The notes beneath the pieces were generated by a model. It made no database searches. It was not told the DNA's origin and saw nothing but the letters and a program-made list of their open reading frames with translations. A DNA stretch of 64,000 bases from Chiloscyllium plagiosum (lineage: Eukaryota): positions 84,917,968-84,981,967 of the forward strand of contig NC_057718.1 in NCBI RefSeq assembly GCF_004010195.1. Reading direction: 5' to 3'. Below are positions 11,183 through 23,970 of the stretch, piece by piece. A program made the translations under genes and the position numbers. Every line of letters starts with the position of its first letter. The first letter of the stretch is position 1.

Positions 11183-12084
11183 CATTCTTGTTTGATTTTC
11201 TGATTTGACCACAATCCATCAAATTTCCCATATCTGCCACCTAGGAGACAATGAACTGATTCATTGGTGCTCTCTGACCTCTCCTAGCTAAGTCTTCTCA
11301 GGCTCCAGAGCCGCAAGTTACTATTCAGAAATAATTTGTGCTTCATTTATTGTGATCACTTGTTTTCAAGTGTTCTAACTAATAATAAATAGTCACTGTC
11401 ATGGTTGAGGATTTGTAGTCAATGTCGGAGATGGGAAACTCATGGAAATTGGCAAAAGTAATGGATGAAAGGTCTTTAGGATTTTAAGCAAAACAGGATG
11501 AATTAGAAATGAAAACAGAAAATTCTGGAGAAAATCAACAGGTCTAGCCGCATTTGTGGAGAAAGAATCAGTTTTGAAGGAGTGTCTTTGAACTTGAAAT
11601 GTTAACTCTCGTTTGTTTCTGCAGATGTTTTCAGTCCTGCTGAGTTTGTTCAGTATTTTCTGTTTTTATTTCAAATTTAAAACATCTGTAATATTTGGTT
11701 TTATTGTGAGCAATTAGAATTTATCTGTCATGAGAACCTGAAATAAGAATCAAAGGCATAGCTGAAGGCTCAGTGAGAATGATGTTACACATTCAGAAAT
11801 AGGTACTTTTGATGATTAATTCAACTTGGAATTTAAAGTTCACCCTATAAAGGTGGAGATCTCCATCTCAATAAGCAGCAGGTAAAGGAGATGAAATCAG
11901 GTTCGAAGGCATGACATTTCTGTAACTGGTTGCTTGACAGCATGGTATCAGACAAACTGATGAACAGAATGTTTTGATCACATTTCTGAGCAGAAAATCT
12001 CTAAATTTTAAAATCTTTCAGCAGGGTTTTGGCATTCTATTTAAATGCTGCTCCATGTTTTCTCACACTGATGAGAATGCATTG

Positions 12085-13055
12085 GATTGAATTGAATTGA
12101 ATTTATTATCACATTTACTGAGGCACAGTGAAAAGCTTTGATCTGTCTGTATTGTTTGCAATACAAATAGTTAAATAGCATAGCTAAGTAAATAATAGGA
12201 AAACAAGGGCAAAACGTAAACACAGGTACAGACGAATGCTAAGAGTTTTGAGTCCATTCAGTATTCTACAACAGTAGAGTAGAAACTGTTTCGAAACCAG
12301 CTGGTGCACGTGTTCAGGCTTTTGTACCTTCTCCCTGTTGTTAGAAGTTGTAGAAAAGCATTGCCAGGGTGGGATGGATCTTTGCGAATGCTGGCGGCCA
12401 TTCCTTGACAGTGGTTCTGGTAAATGGGTTCTGAGATGGGAGGTTGGCCTTTGTGATTGTCCAGGCCAAGTTTACCACTCTCTGTAACCGTCCCCAATCT
12501 TGAATGGTACAGTTACCATACCAGATAGTGATACATCCAGACAGAATGCTGTCGATGGTGCACCTATAAAAGTTGGCAAGGGTATTTGCCGTCATGCCAA
12601 ATTTTCTCAGCTGCCTGAGGAAGAAGAGATGTTGTTGTGCATCCACGTGAAGAATCCAAGAAAGCTTGTTGTTGATGGCCATTCCCAGGAGCTTGACACT
12701 TTCCATTCGTTCCACCTCTGCCGAAAGTCAATCAAGAGTTCCTTGGTTTTGCCGGCATTGAGAGCTAGGTTGTTCTAAGTGCCCCATTTTTCCAGGTCTT
12801 CCACCTCCCATCTGTAGTCTATTTTGTTGCCATCTGAGGTTCGACCGACTCTGGTAGTGTCATCAGCGAACTTGTAAATGGCATTAGTCTGGTATTTAGT
12901 GACACAGTCATGAGTATACAGCAAATACAGTAGAGGCTGAGTACACACCACTGGGGAGCTCCAGTGTTGAGTATTAGTGAGTTTGAAATATTGTCCCCAA
13001 TCTTCACTGATTGTGGCCTGTGGGTCAGGAAGCTGACAGTTGCAGAGAGTGGGGT
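12085..13055 (-). mobile_element. Rex1/Babar-like non-LTR retrotransposon, 3' portion
   Basis: ISNSLILNTGAPQWCVLS; AQQHLFFLRQLRKFGM..FYRCTIDSILSGCITIWYGNC..LQRVV; short (TCAAT)n tail at ~12085-12101. Confidence 0.75.
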
Positions 13056-13704
13056 TTAATCAGAGATCACTAAATTACCTTCTAATATGCAAAAGGTCAC
13101 TTCAAATACTTTATTTCTAAGAAACATTTCTTGCCACTTACTTAATAATATTGACCTAAAGAGATCTTGTTGCATACTGGTAGTGTCCTTACCTCTGAGC
13201 TAGAGGTTATAGGTTCAATTCCCATCTTAAGACTTGATGTCAAGGGAAAGCACCTCACTACTTGGGAAAACAAGATGGTTATTAATCTGCAAGTCATTTT
13301 GATACACTAAAGGTAGACCATAAGAATAGAAAAGTTTTCTGGTCAGCTCGACCATATGGTAGCCATAGCATAACAGCCTTCCCATGTTAAAGGGCTTCAC
13401 ATTGTTTCTTGGTACAAGCTACCTTCATCCCCAGATTGAGGGGCTGCTGCACACTGTATTAAATTTGGTCAGCCTGACACAGGTGGGAAGAAACAGACCA
13501 ATATCTTTTAATCCTATTGTTCAATTCATTTTGAAAATTTTAATATAATTAAGAAGTACATTTTGTAAATGAATTTGTTTGGGTACATCTCTATAAAGGA
13601 TTTTGAATGTATTTTTAAGCATAGCTTTTACTCAATCAGTTGCCGTTCAGATGTTGAGAGTGACGTAGCAGGATAGACCTTACCTGGTAGTAAGCAAGTA
13701 GCAG

Positions 13705-13826
13705 AAAGTGAGGACTGCTGATGCTGGAGATCATAGCTGAAAAATGTGTTGCTGGAAAAGCGCAGCAGGTCAGGCAGCATTAAAGGAGCAGGAGAATTGA
13801 CGTTTCGGGCATAAGCCCTTCTTCAG
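13705..13826 (-). mobile_element. Short solo PLE family A unit with intact hammerhead core
   Basis: Minus strand CTGAAGA-A-GGGC-TTAT-GCCC-GAAACGTC at 13826-13799, followed by the family A tail. Confidence 0.8.
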
Positions 13827-14459
13827 TTAAACAAGCACCCAATACATAAACAAGGATCAGATTTATGTTTATTTTTAATACAGCTTTATTTTCAATAATT
13901 CAAGGAAAATCTGTCTTTCTGACAGAACATCTGCCTTCTCAGATGAATATAAATGATCCATTGGCACAATTCAAAAAATAGGATGGGTGTATTTTTGAAA
14001 AATAAACACCACCAAATCACCTATTTGACAAAGTAAACAATTAACAAGCACTACCCACCAGCAGAAGTGCAACATTAAAAAAAAGGGGCAGTTACAATGA
14101 GAGGGAGGGGATTAAATTGAAATGGAGTTGAAGGGGAAATTAATGCACTCCACCCTCCTGTGTTTGCCCAATCTTCTTTAAAGAATTTGAAAGTGTTCTG
14201 TTGGAACCTTGAGTTAATTGTATCATAATTGGCCATAGAAATTGTGCTCAGGTGATTGGCATAAAGAGGGGATTCACTTGGCTTCCTATGTTTATTTTTT
14301 TTATATAGGAAAACACCCGGGTGGCGCTTCCTATGTTTATATGGTAGGACAGAAATTGTGGTTGGTTATATTTGGGATGCATGTTTGTAATATGTTGGTG
14401 TAAATAGAATCTTGTAAATGTGTAAAATTAGACTGGAATTCTATGCTTTATCACATGTT

Positions 14460-14645
14460 TATCTAACCAATAATTATCCCGCAACTAATGCAGAGAAAAT
14501 CTGATTATTTACATAATTTGTTGTTTGTTGAATCTTGCTGTGCACGGATTAGCTACGTATTTCCTCCATTTCGACAGTGACGGCTGTTCCAAAATACTTT
14601 ATTGTCTGCAAAGCTTTTCCTAATGTGCAGTGGTTGTGAAAACTA
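14460..14645 (+). mobile_element. Ancient DeuSINE-like (SacSINE/AmnSINE-type) fragment
   Basis: TTGTTTGTTGAATCTTGCTGTGCACGGATTAGCTACGTATTTCCTCCATTTCGACAGTGAC resembles the DeuSINE 3' portion as I recall it; not checked against a database. Confidence 0.45.
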
Positions 14646-15494
14646 TTTAAATTCAAATTTGTTCAATAATTAAAATCTGTAATTTCAATACTTTGCTTTT
14701 TGTATCAACGCAACTCGCATACTGATCAATACATTTTTCTCGTAATAATTTAGACAATTATCGGAGAGTAATTATTATTTCATCTAACTGGAGTCAAGAA
14801 AACTGGGATGGCAGAGTGCTGTTTGGTCACGGCCAGCATTCTTTCACAATGGCATACCTTTTTGAAAGTTGTTATGGCATTGACTTTCGCCATCCTGACG
14901 GGTAGTGAATTGCAATCCATACCTTTGCAAAAAATAAAATCTCTCTGGTTCTTTTGCAAATTACTTTAAATCGGTGTCATGTACTTAGAACTCTCTTGAT
15001 AACGAAGGGATACTTGAGTAATTAATTCTGTGCTATACGTTTTTAAGTGAATACTCGTTCTACACTCCCAATAAAGTTGTAACTTGTTCCCAGACAGTTC
15101 AATCATTATATTTTTGATATTTAGCATAATGCCTGGACGCAGAAATCAGCTGGAAGATTCATTTTAAAGTCTCATCTCAAACGCTCAATTATTTAGGGAC
15201 TTTTTCCGGCCTGCTAGCCTGGAAAAAAAAATGCTTACTTTAACATATTGACTCTTAAAACATAGGAGGCGTGTCTCCTCCAAACGGGTGAGAGGTTGGA
15301 ACTGATCAGCTGATGCGAAGCTGTGGGAGTCGCTGCAAACAATGTACTGAACCGGGCTTCTTTCGAAAAACCAAAACACTAAGAGACTAAAGTCTGCGCT
15401 GGTATAGCTGATTTCCACTACCAGTGCTTCGCCTTCAGCTCTTTATTTTTATCTCCTAAATAAAGGTGGCTGTTCGCATTTTCCTCTTCTAGTA

Positions 15495-15673
15495 ATGCGA
15501 AAGAGGAATAATTCCCTGATAGTAGAACATGACACGACCGTCACGACACTGCAAAAGGACTCCGTACATCTTGCACCAAGCTTGAAGCACAACCACAAAT
15601 CAGCAACTAGCAAAGGAAGTGATAACAACCTCGACATAGACGAAAAAACGGGAATGCGAACTGGTCATTGGAG
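15495..15673 (+). CDS. ABHD12: ABHD12 (lysophosphatidylserine lipase) coding exon 1
   Basis: MRKRNNSLIVEHD...LKHN...GMRTGHW resembles human MRKRTEPVALEHE...LKQN...GMKR; phase-2 donor AG|GTAAGA splices in frame to exon 2. Confidence 0.85.
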
Positions 15674-17554
15674 GTAAGAATGGTGCGTGTGTGCGAGGGC
15701 AAGTGCTGTACTACAAGATATATACCACAGAAAATCAGTGGTTGTAATGAGAGTTCGAAAAACGACTGGTCAAATCGGGTGAAACGTTAAAAGCTCAACG
15801 TCCTATAAATACAATTCGTATTTTTCGAGTTAGAATTGTAATACTGTAGCACCAAACGTAACCAAAGGCATGGAAACATCTGACCGGAAATTTCACATGA
15901 ATATTGAGTCAGGTTTTCTCTAGGACAGAAAAGGACAGTTGAAAAATGATGAACCTATTTTATTTGGAGGAAGAATTCGGAATGCAGTTTAACATTTTAA
16001 ATAACTTAGCTGCGTATTAAAGCACATCTTGGCTAATTTCTCAATGCGTACACCTGTTAATAAGAAAGATGTGGTTCAAAGAGAATAAGTATCCAAATCG
16101 TTTACCCCAACGGATTTGCTAAAGTAGACAATCACAGTTGCTATTTGATTTTTACCATTTTTGTAAGTGTTGTGTTTGTATACTTTCGAAATTTATAACA
16201 TTCTTAATTCTATGATTTTGGAGACAGTTTAAAATAAAAATTGAAAAGTTTTGATCTGATGGTCATAATTTAAATTGTTGTCTTAATATTTTTTTTGCTG
16301 CTATTAATTAGTGTGCTATGCTGAGAAGAATGGCCAAGGATTAAGTCAAAGCTTATATTTTGTGGGATTTGTGAGAGTGAGGTGGATTAGTATATCATAC
16401 CCTTTCTCCCTCAGTCATTTGCAACCACCTCCTCCAACATGTCATGATCAGGTCCAGGAAATAATCGAGGCTAATGGAATGCTGACCTTTGTATTGACAG
16501 AACAAAGAGGCAGGAGTCATACTTCATGCACCACCCTTGATTTAACTCCGAACAGCTATGAGAACCACACTTTGAGGACATATTGACTTTAGAGGGAATA
16601 TATTTATCAGAATGATACCTGGACTCCAAGGGTTAAATTTATGGTGGATTTCACAAACTGAGGTTGTATTCTCTGGAGTTTAGGTCAAGGAGTAACTTGA
16701 TTGAACTTTTTAACCCACTAAGACAAACGTAAGGTCAACTGGGGGGAGGACATGTTTTTACTGCTTAAAGTCAAGGATTAGGAAGCAGCTTTAAGTCAGA
16801 GCTGAATCTTTTCTGAAATAATAAAAATTATGCAGTGTCTTAAAAAGCTTAACTCACTTCTGTAAATTATGTTCACTCACTGTTAATCTTAAAATATCAG
16901 ATTGAAAGATTTTTGTTAATAAATGTATTAAGGTATGTTGGACAAAGGTTTATGTTGGATAACAGATCAGCTAATCTTATTGCATGGGGAAACATGCTGG
17001 AGATGCTAAAGGCTTACCTTTGTCCCAGTGTTCCTATGATGGAACACATTTAAGGCTAATGCTAGAAGCAAGGGAAGGTAGAATGCACATTTTCAGACTG
17101 TTTGTTTGGATACAGATTGCTATGGCATAAATGGCTATGAAAGTTGTTGGTCGTAAAGTCTAAAAATTGAGAATCCTTTCAAGAAAGGAAATTAGGAATG
17201 TCTTGCTGATAGAAACCTAGGATCCATCCACTTCACTTTATTTTGGTAGTCAAATGGAACAATGATAATGGTGTTGTTGAATGATCATAGTAATCAACTT
17301 CCATTAATTCATCTACCAAGGAACTTGACATGATTCAAGGAAAACCCACTGGCAGTGAACATTTGGAACCATGGGCCAAAGTTAGCCATTTCTGCTCTAC
17401 TAGTGCAGTTATTACTTGTACTAAATTCTTCCCATGCACAATCTCCAAACACTTTTTTTTTCCGAAATAAATTTTTGAATTTTATTCAGAATGTGAGGGG
17501 ATATGGAGGCTCTTGAAATTGTTTTAATGGTGATTGAATATAAGATACCACGTA

Positions 17555-19090
17555 AGTGGATAAAAAGTGGAGCTGGAAAAAATGCAGCAGATCAAGCAGC
17601 ATCAAAAGAGAAGGAAAGTGGATATTTCAGGTTGGAACCTTTCATCAGAACTGGGAGAGGGGAAGGGGGCTGCAAAATAGAGGTAGGGGGCTGGGGGAAA
17701 GTTAGGTGGGATAGCAACAGATGGATGTAGGTAGGAGGTGGCTGGGATTGGTCAGTGGGAAGGGTGGACCAGATAGGTGAGAAGGATGATAGGCAAGAAA
17801 GATGGTAGGCAGGTACGGTCAGGTTAACGAGGTGGGGAGGGAGGGCTGAATCTGGAATGAGATGGAAGCTGAGGAAATTTGGAAGCTGGTGAATTCTATG
17901 TTCAGGCCATAAGGTTGTATACTATTGAGGCGGAAGGTGAGGTGTTCTTGCCTCCAGTTTGCATGTGGCCTTGTGTTGATGATGGAGGGGGCCCAGGCTG
18001 GGCGTGTCGTCAGGGAAGTTCAAATGGATGACAACTGGAAGGTGGGGTTGATGAGCGTGTATGGACCATAAATGTTCCCTGAACCATTTGCCAAGTTTAC
18101 ATTTGGTCTCTCAGATGTAGAGGAGACCACCTTGGGAGCAACAAATGCAATAAATCAGGTTAGAGGAAATGCACGTGAATCTCTTGCCAGACTTGGAATG
18201 ATTCTTTGGGGCCCTGGAAGAAAGTGAGGGGGAGGAGGTGGGGGACAGGGTTTCCTCCACCTGTGGCAGCAGAGGAAGGTTCCAGATTTGGAGGAGGATT
18301 TTGTGGAGTGTGTGGACCTTACTAGGGAGTTGTAAAGGGAACAATCCCTGCGAAAAGCAGATAGGAGTGGGGAGGCAAATATCATTTCAGTGGTGAGGTC
18401 AGGCTGCAGGTAGCAGAAGGGGTGGAGGATGATGCGTTGGACTTTGGAGATTCGTGGTGTGGAATGTGAGGACCGGAGGACTCCGTCCTTGTTGTGGTTG
18501 AGGGGATTTGTTTGAGGGCATTGTTGTGCGTGAAATAAAGAGGTGGGTTATGGTCCATACATTCCAATCAACTCCACCTGCCTCTAATCTGGTTTATTGC
18601 ATTCATTGCTCCCGATGTGGTGTCCTCTACATCAGAGAGACTGAGCGCAAACTTGGGAATTGCTTCAGGGAGCATTTATGGTCCATATACTCCAAGCAAT
18701 CACACCTTCTGGTTGCCATCCATTTCAGTTTCCCTGATGACATACTCATCACTTCCATCATCAACACAAAGCCACAAGCAAACTGGAGTAAGAACACCTT
18801 GTCTTCCACCTCGGAGCATACAACCATTTGGCCTTAACATAGAAATCACCAGCTTTCAGATCTTTGCACTAACCACCTCCCCCGCCCTCACAACCACAAC
18901 CTGCATCCACCTAATACATCCCACCCACCGTTTTCCCCTGCCCCACTGCCCCTCTATTTTTCAGCCCCTTTCCCTCCCCCAGTCCTGATGAAAGGTGACT
19001 CCTCTTCTCTGCTTGACCTGCTGTGCTTTTTCCAGTTCCACTCTTTATCTACTTTGACTCTCCAGCATCTGCAGTTCTCGCTATTTCCAA
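17555..19090. mobile_element. Decayed PLE with inverted structure (minus arm ~17555-18560, plus arm ~18565-19090)
   Basis: GIY-YIG remnants on both strands (FTCISSNLIYCICCSQGGLLYI minus; SNLVYCIHCSRCGVLYIRET plus) and family A-like tails at both outer ends. Confidence 0.75.
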
Positions 19091-20164
19091 GAATTAGATA
19101 CAACATAGCTTGCCAAGCTTTATGCTATTATGTTGCTACCCTGCATTAAAGACATCTCTTAAAATAGCTTTCAGAAGATTTAATACTGCAACTACTGAAT
19201 TATTCTTGCAGAAAGAGATGAGTGGTCTTATGCTGAGCGATTACATCTTATATCTATTTCACATCACATGCTTTTTACTTTTCAGTGATTTTATTCACAT
19301 TTCTTGTTTCTTTTGTGAGCTGCTTCAGACAGTTACACAAAATCTAATGCCCACTACACTGCAATTAATCAAATCACAAAAGCAATATTGGGAAGAAGAA
19401 GCCTATTTCTGCTTTATCACTATTTTGTCAGAGGACAAACTCTCTGTCTCTATTAAATGGTGAAAAGAAAACCATTAAAATGGTTGATATTGTTCTTTAA
19501 AAATCAATTATGTTTTATTGTAAATAAAATTGTCCCTGTAGCTATGTCGTAGCATTACAGATGTCAGCTGCAATGTTCCCTTTACCTACAGTGCAGTGAT
19601 ACAATAATTAGTGGCTGGACCAACAACTGAAGCTTGATGATCAAAAGCAATTGCTTTAGATTGTCACATTTATAGTATATATGTATTAGTTCAATATATT
19701 AAATACATTTAACTTATGACCTTGTTCAACTGCTTACTTTTGCTGAGTGCTGTTGGTTAAGAAAAGGTGGGTAATGGAGATAGGAGGGAGAAAACTTTGC
19801 ACTTGAGGTGAATAATATCAATCTTGGGAGCACACAATTTGTTTTGCTCGACTTGTATATTCCAAGGTTGGATGCCAGTAATCAAGATTACAACTTTGCT
19901 TTGCTACAACTATGTTCCTTTTCTCCAGCATTGTATCTGTGACTGCACAAATGGGAATTTTATATTTTGTATCAGCTCGTATTTGCCTTGAAGAAATGGC
20001 ACAAATATGTTTTTGAGTTGACATAGAATTACGTGAAATAGCAGGAGAGGAGGAGGTTATTTGGCCCAATCGGTTTGGAGCTCTGTCTGATATCCTTATT
20101 CAACTAACTCATTCACAAACCTCTTTTACATTTCTTGCATGTCACTAATTGCCTCTGAACAAAG

Positions 20165-20790
20165 TTTAAAAAATCTCACAACAACAGGTTATGGTCCAAA
20201 GAGTTTATTTGGAAATACTAACTTTTAGAGCTCCGCTCCTTCTTCAGGTAGCTGTGGAGCAGGAACATAAGACACAGAATTTATAGCAAAAGATCTGAGT
20301 GTCTTGCAACTGAAACAATATATGAACTAAACATGGGTTGCTGTCAACAAGAGTGGCCCTTCCTCAACTGATTAGTCATATCACATTTCTTATCCTGTCG
20401 GGTATTCACCATCCCTCCTACCCTTTCGCTATCCAATGCTGAACATTCTGTACTCAAAGGTCTTAGTTATATCCCTCTGCATCCCCACCTTAATTAATCT
20501 TGGACACTGATGTCAAACTCTTTCTTTTTTTTCATCTCCGTGCCCATTTCTTTGGATAAGAGTTGTCTCCTGTTTCACCTCTTTGCCCAGCTCCAACACA
20601 TTTCCTCCCTCTGCCCTTTTACCTGCATTCAATTTGTTCAGCGAGAACTGTCGATGTGACATTGGTTGCCTTCACTTCTCTGCCTTCTCACCCAATCCAA
20701 CCTATCTCCTCTGAACTGACAGCAATTCTGACTATGTCCACACATTTCAGTGTCACTGCAGCAGTTTGAAATTCCACTTAACTAGTCAGA
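20165..20790. mobile_element. Decayed PLE: family C terminal repeat (minus) plus an adjacent ORF remnant (plus)
   Basis: AAAATCTCACAACAACAGGTTATGGTCC...GCTCCTTCTTCAGG matches 37893-37972; downstream KGLSYIPLHPHLN-like remnant. Confidence 0.55.
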
Positions 20791-22449
20791 ACGACATTGC
20801 AGCGCTGCAACCACATCTGTGCACCCATCTGTGCCATCTCATTTCCTCTAATCTCCAGTCATTCCCTTGTTTTGGATTGGTTTTCTGACCACTGCAGCCT
20901 GTTTTTGACTGGGAAGAGGATCTCTTGCCAAATGTGGATGAGAGTCTCCTTGGAGTTATCACTGAAGTTAGATGCTGTCCTATTGCAATTACTCCCTTGT
21001 TTGATCTCCCTTTCAATCTGAATATTTGACACTTATATCCCAGTGTTACCTACCCATTGTCTATGCTGTCTTCATTTCATGACAAGAAATCACTGATAGA
21101 TGCACAGATGTGGTTGAGTGCTGTAATGACCTTCTGACTGGTTAAGTAGAACTTCACATTCTAAGCTGTCAGCCCTGGATGTCACAAAGGATGCCTAGGA
21201 AACACAAGAAGTGGTAATTTACCCAGACACTGGGCATGACCATGCACCAGTATTCGCAGTGAAATGAATAGCTGCCTTCCAATGCAGGCCACTGATTAGT
21301 CAGGAATTCCTGCAGCATTGCCAATACTGAATGCATACTTGCAGAAGACATTCCAATGACATGCTCTGGATATTAAAATTGATGCAGACGAGAGTGCCAG
21401 CAGTTGGGTTATGGTGAGTAACTTCATGGGAGGAGGCCATAAAAGCTGATGATCACTGACTATGGCCCATAAGTGTCACCCTGTGGTGAATATAGGATTT
21501 CCAGCCTACTTACTATTTAATTGAACCTGTAGACAAGATTCAGTTTCCTGCCCTTGTGGCCATGTGACTCAATTTGGGGCAGAAAGTGGGAATTTCTGCA
21601 TAATGAAATGTGCCCATTCTTCTCTTTGAAAATCTTTCAAAAAAAATTGTCACTTTTTTTAAAAAGACCTAACTTGTTCATCCTTTCTGTTGGTGAAGTC
21701 TTGCAGTTCTGGTATCATGATTGTTAAACCTTTTTGCATCCTCTTCACTGCTTCTATGATCCTCTGTTCTTTTGCATATGGTGACATAATTGGAATACCT
21801 CTATACTTCTCTGTTTCAATTCTGTCCATCTAAGTAAACCCCATTCCTTGTTTTACTTTTGTTTCAGCATTATTGACATTTTTGAAGATGTGATCTTTCA
21901 GGAATGCTGCCATTGCTGGCTGCGCCAGTGTTAGTGTATCCTTAGTTGCCCTGAAGGTTGTGGTGAGCTGCCAACTTGAAATGCACCCATGTTGCTGTTA
22001 TGAAGGGAGTTCTTGGTGTTTGATCCAGTGACAGTGAAGAAACAAACATGTTGTTCAAATCAGGATTTTGTGTGGCTTGGAGGGAAATTTGCTACATGTG
22101 TTACTATTTTTAGTGGTCATGTATTTGTACTCAGATATTTTACTTCTCCCATTTTGTTTTACATTTTTCCAGTGGCTTTATCTTTCTTGAATAATGTAAG
22201 GTATTAGATTTTTCTACTTTGTAATTCACTTGCCTATTATATGGAGCTTCGACAGGAAGGCACTAAAAAGGCAATGTAATGATCACTGTTTCAGTGATTG
22301 TTGGTTTAAGGATAAATCTTGGCAAAAGCATGAAGGTGAACTTTCCTAACTCTCTTTGAAGTTTTGCTATGGGACTGTGTGTCTACCTGAGCGGTAAAAT
22401 GGAGTCTCATCCAGACATTTCACCTGAGAGGCGACATCTTCAGTATGTG

Positions 22450-23970
22450 AAGAGTGTGGCATGAAGGAACCCTATCAAAACTAGCCAAAGATTTGGGGAG
22501 AACTTTCCACTGGTTTGAAGACATAACTAACACACAATTTGAGATTGTTGAAATTCTGTTATCTCTGCAGGAGTTCCTCAGGGTTGTTGCTTAGGCCCAA
22601 CCATCTTCAGCTGATTCATCAGTGACCTTCTTTCCATTGTAAAGTCAGAAATGGAGATGTTAGCTGACTGGGCTGAACATTATGCATTTAAGATTCTTGG
22701 GTACCGAAGCAATCTTTGTCCAAATGCAGCAAAATCTAGACAATTTCCAGATTTAGGCTGGCAAGTGATGAGTAATATTTGTCTACGTAAATGCCAGTTG
22801 ATGACCATCTCCAATAAGAGAATTTAATCACATTCAATAGTGGTGCCATCACTGAATCTTCCGCTATCAACATCCTTGGTGTTACCATTGACCAGGATTC
22901 CATGGGACTCACCGAATAAACGCAGTGGCTACAAGGGCAGGTTAGAGGCTCGGAATACTGCAACGAGTAATTTACCTGACTCCCCAAAATCTGTCTACCA
23001 TCTACAAGGCACAATTCAGGAGAGTGATAGAATATTCCCCACTTGTCTGGATGGGTATAGACTCAGCAATATGCTAATGTTCCAGGACAAGCAGTCTACT
23101 TGATTGGCACCTTGTCCACAAGCTTCCACTCCTCCACTAACGCTCTGCAGCAGCGTGCCACTACCGACAAGAAGCACTGGGGAAATTCACCAAAACTTGT
23201 AAGCACCTTTAAAACTCATAACTACTTCCATCGAGAAGGACAAGAGTAGCAGATAGATGGGAACATCACCTGCAAGAGCCCCTCTAAGCCATTTATCAGC
23301 ATGACTTGGAAATAAATCACCATTTCTTTGTCGCTGGATCAAAATCCTGGAATTCCCTCCCCAAGGGTGTTGTGGCTTAACCTACAGTGCATTGATGGTA
23401 GCAGCTCATCACCACCTTCTCAAGGGCAACTGGGGACAAGGAATAAATGTTGGCCAACCATCAATGTACATGCCCATGAGTGAATTTTCAAAAAAAAACA
23501 AAAGCAAGTCAGTCTTGGAGCCCTCACTTCCCACATACATGAATGAGCCCATTTCCAACAACAATCAAGATGCTTGACATCATCCAGGACAAAGCAGCCC
23601 ATCCGTCATTGACACCCAATAGCAGTTGTGTTCACTATTCACCAGGTGTACTGCAGAAATTCACCAAGACTCCTTAGATAATACCTTTCAAAACCACAGT
23701 GGCCACCTTGACGGACAAAAGCATCCGATACATGGCAACATCATCTGCAGGCTTCCCTCCAAGCAATTCAGCATCTTGGAAATATCACCATTCCTTCAGT
23801 ATCACAAGATCAAAATCCTAGAACTTCTGTATGCATTATGGGTCTCCCTGCACCAAATGGACTGTTGTTCAAGAAGGCAGCTCTCAATCACCACCTCAAG
23901 GGCAATTTGGATCGGCAATAAATTCTGTTTAGCCAGTGACACCAATATCCTGTGAGTGAATGTTTAAAAA
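22450..23970 (+). mobile_element. Two tandem decayed CR1/L2-group LINE 3' fragments
   Basis: ISAGVPQGCCLGPTIFS RT remnant; a shared 3' tail (CAGCTC..CACCACC..CAAGGGCAA..AATAAAT..GAGTGAAT) at ~23400-23490 and ~23875-23962. Confidence 0.65.
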
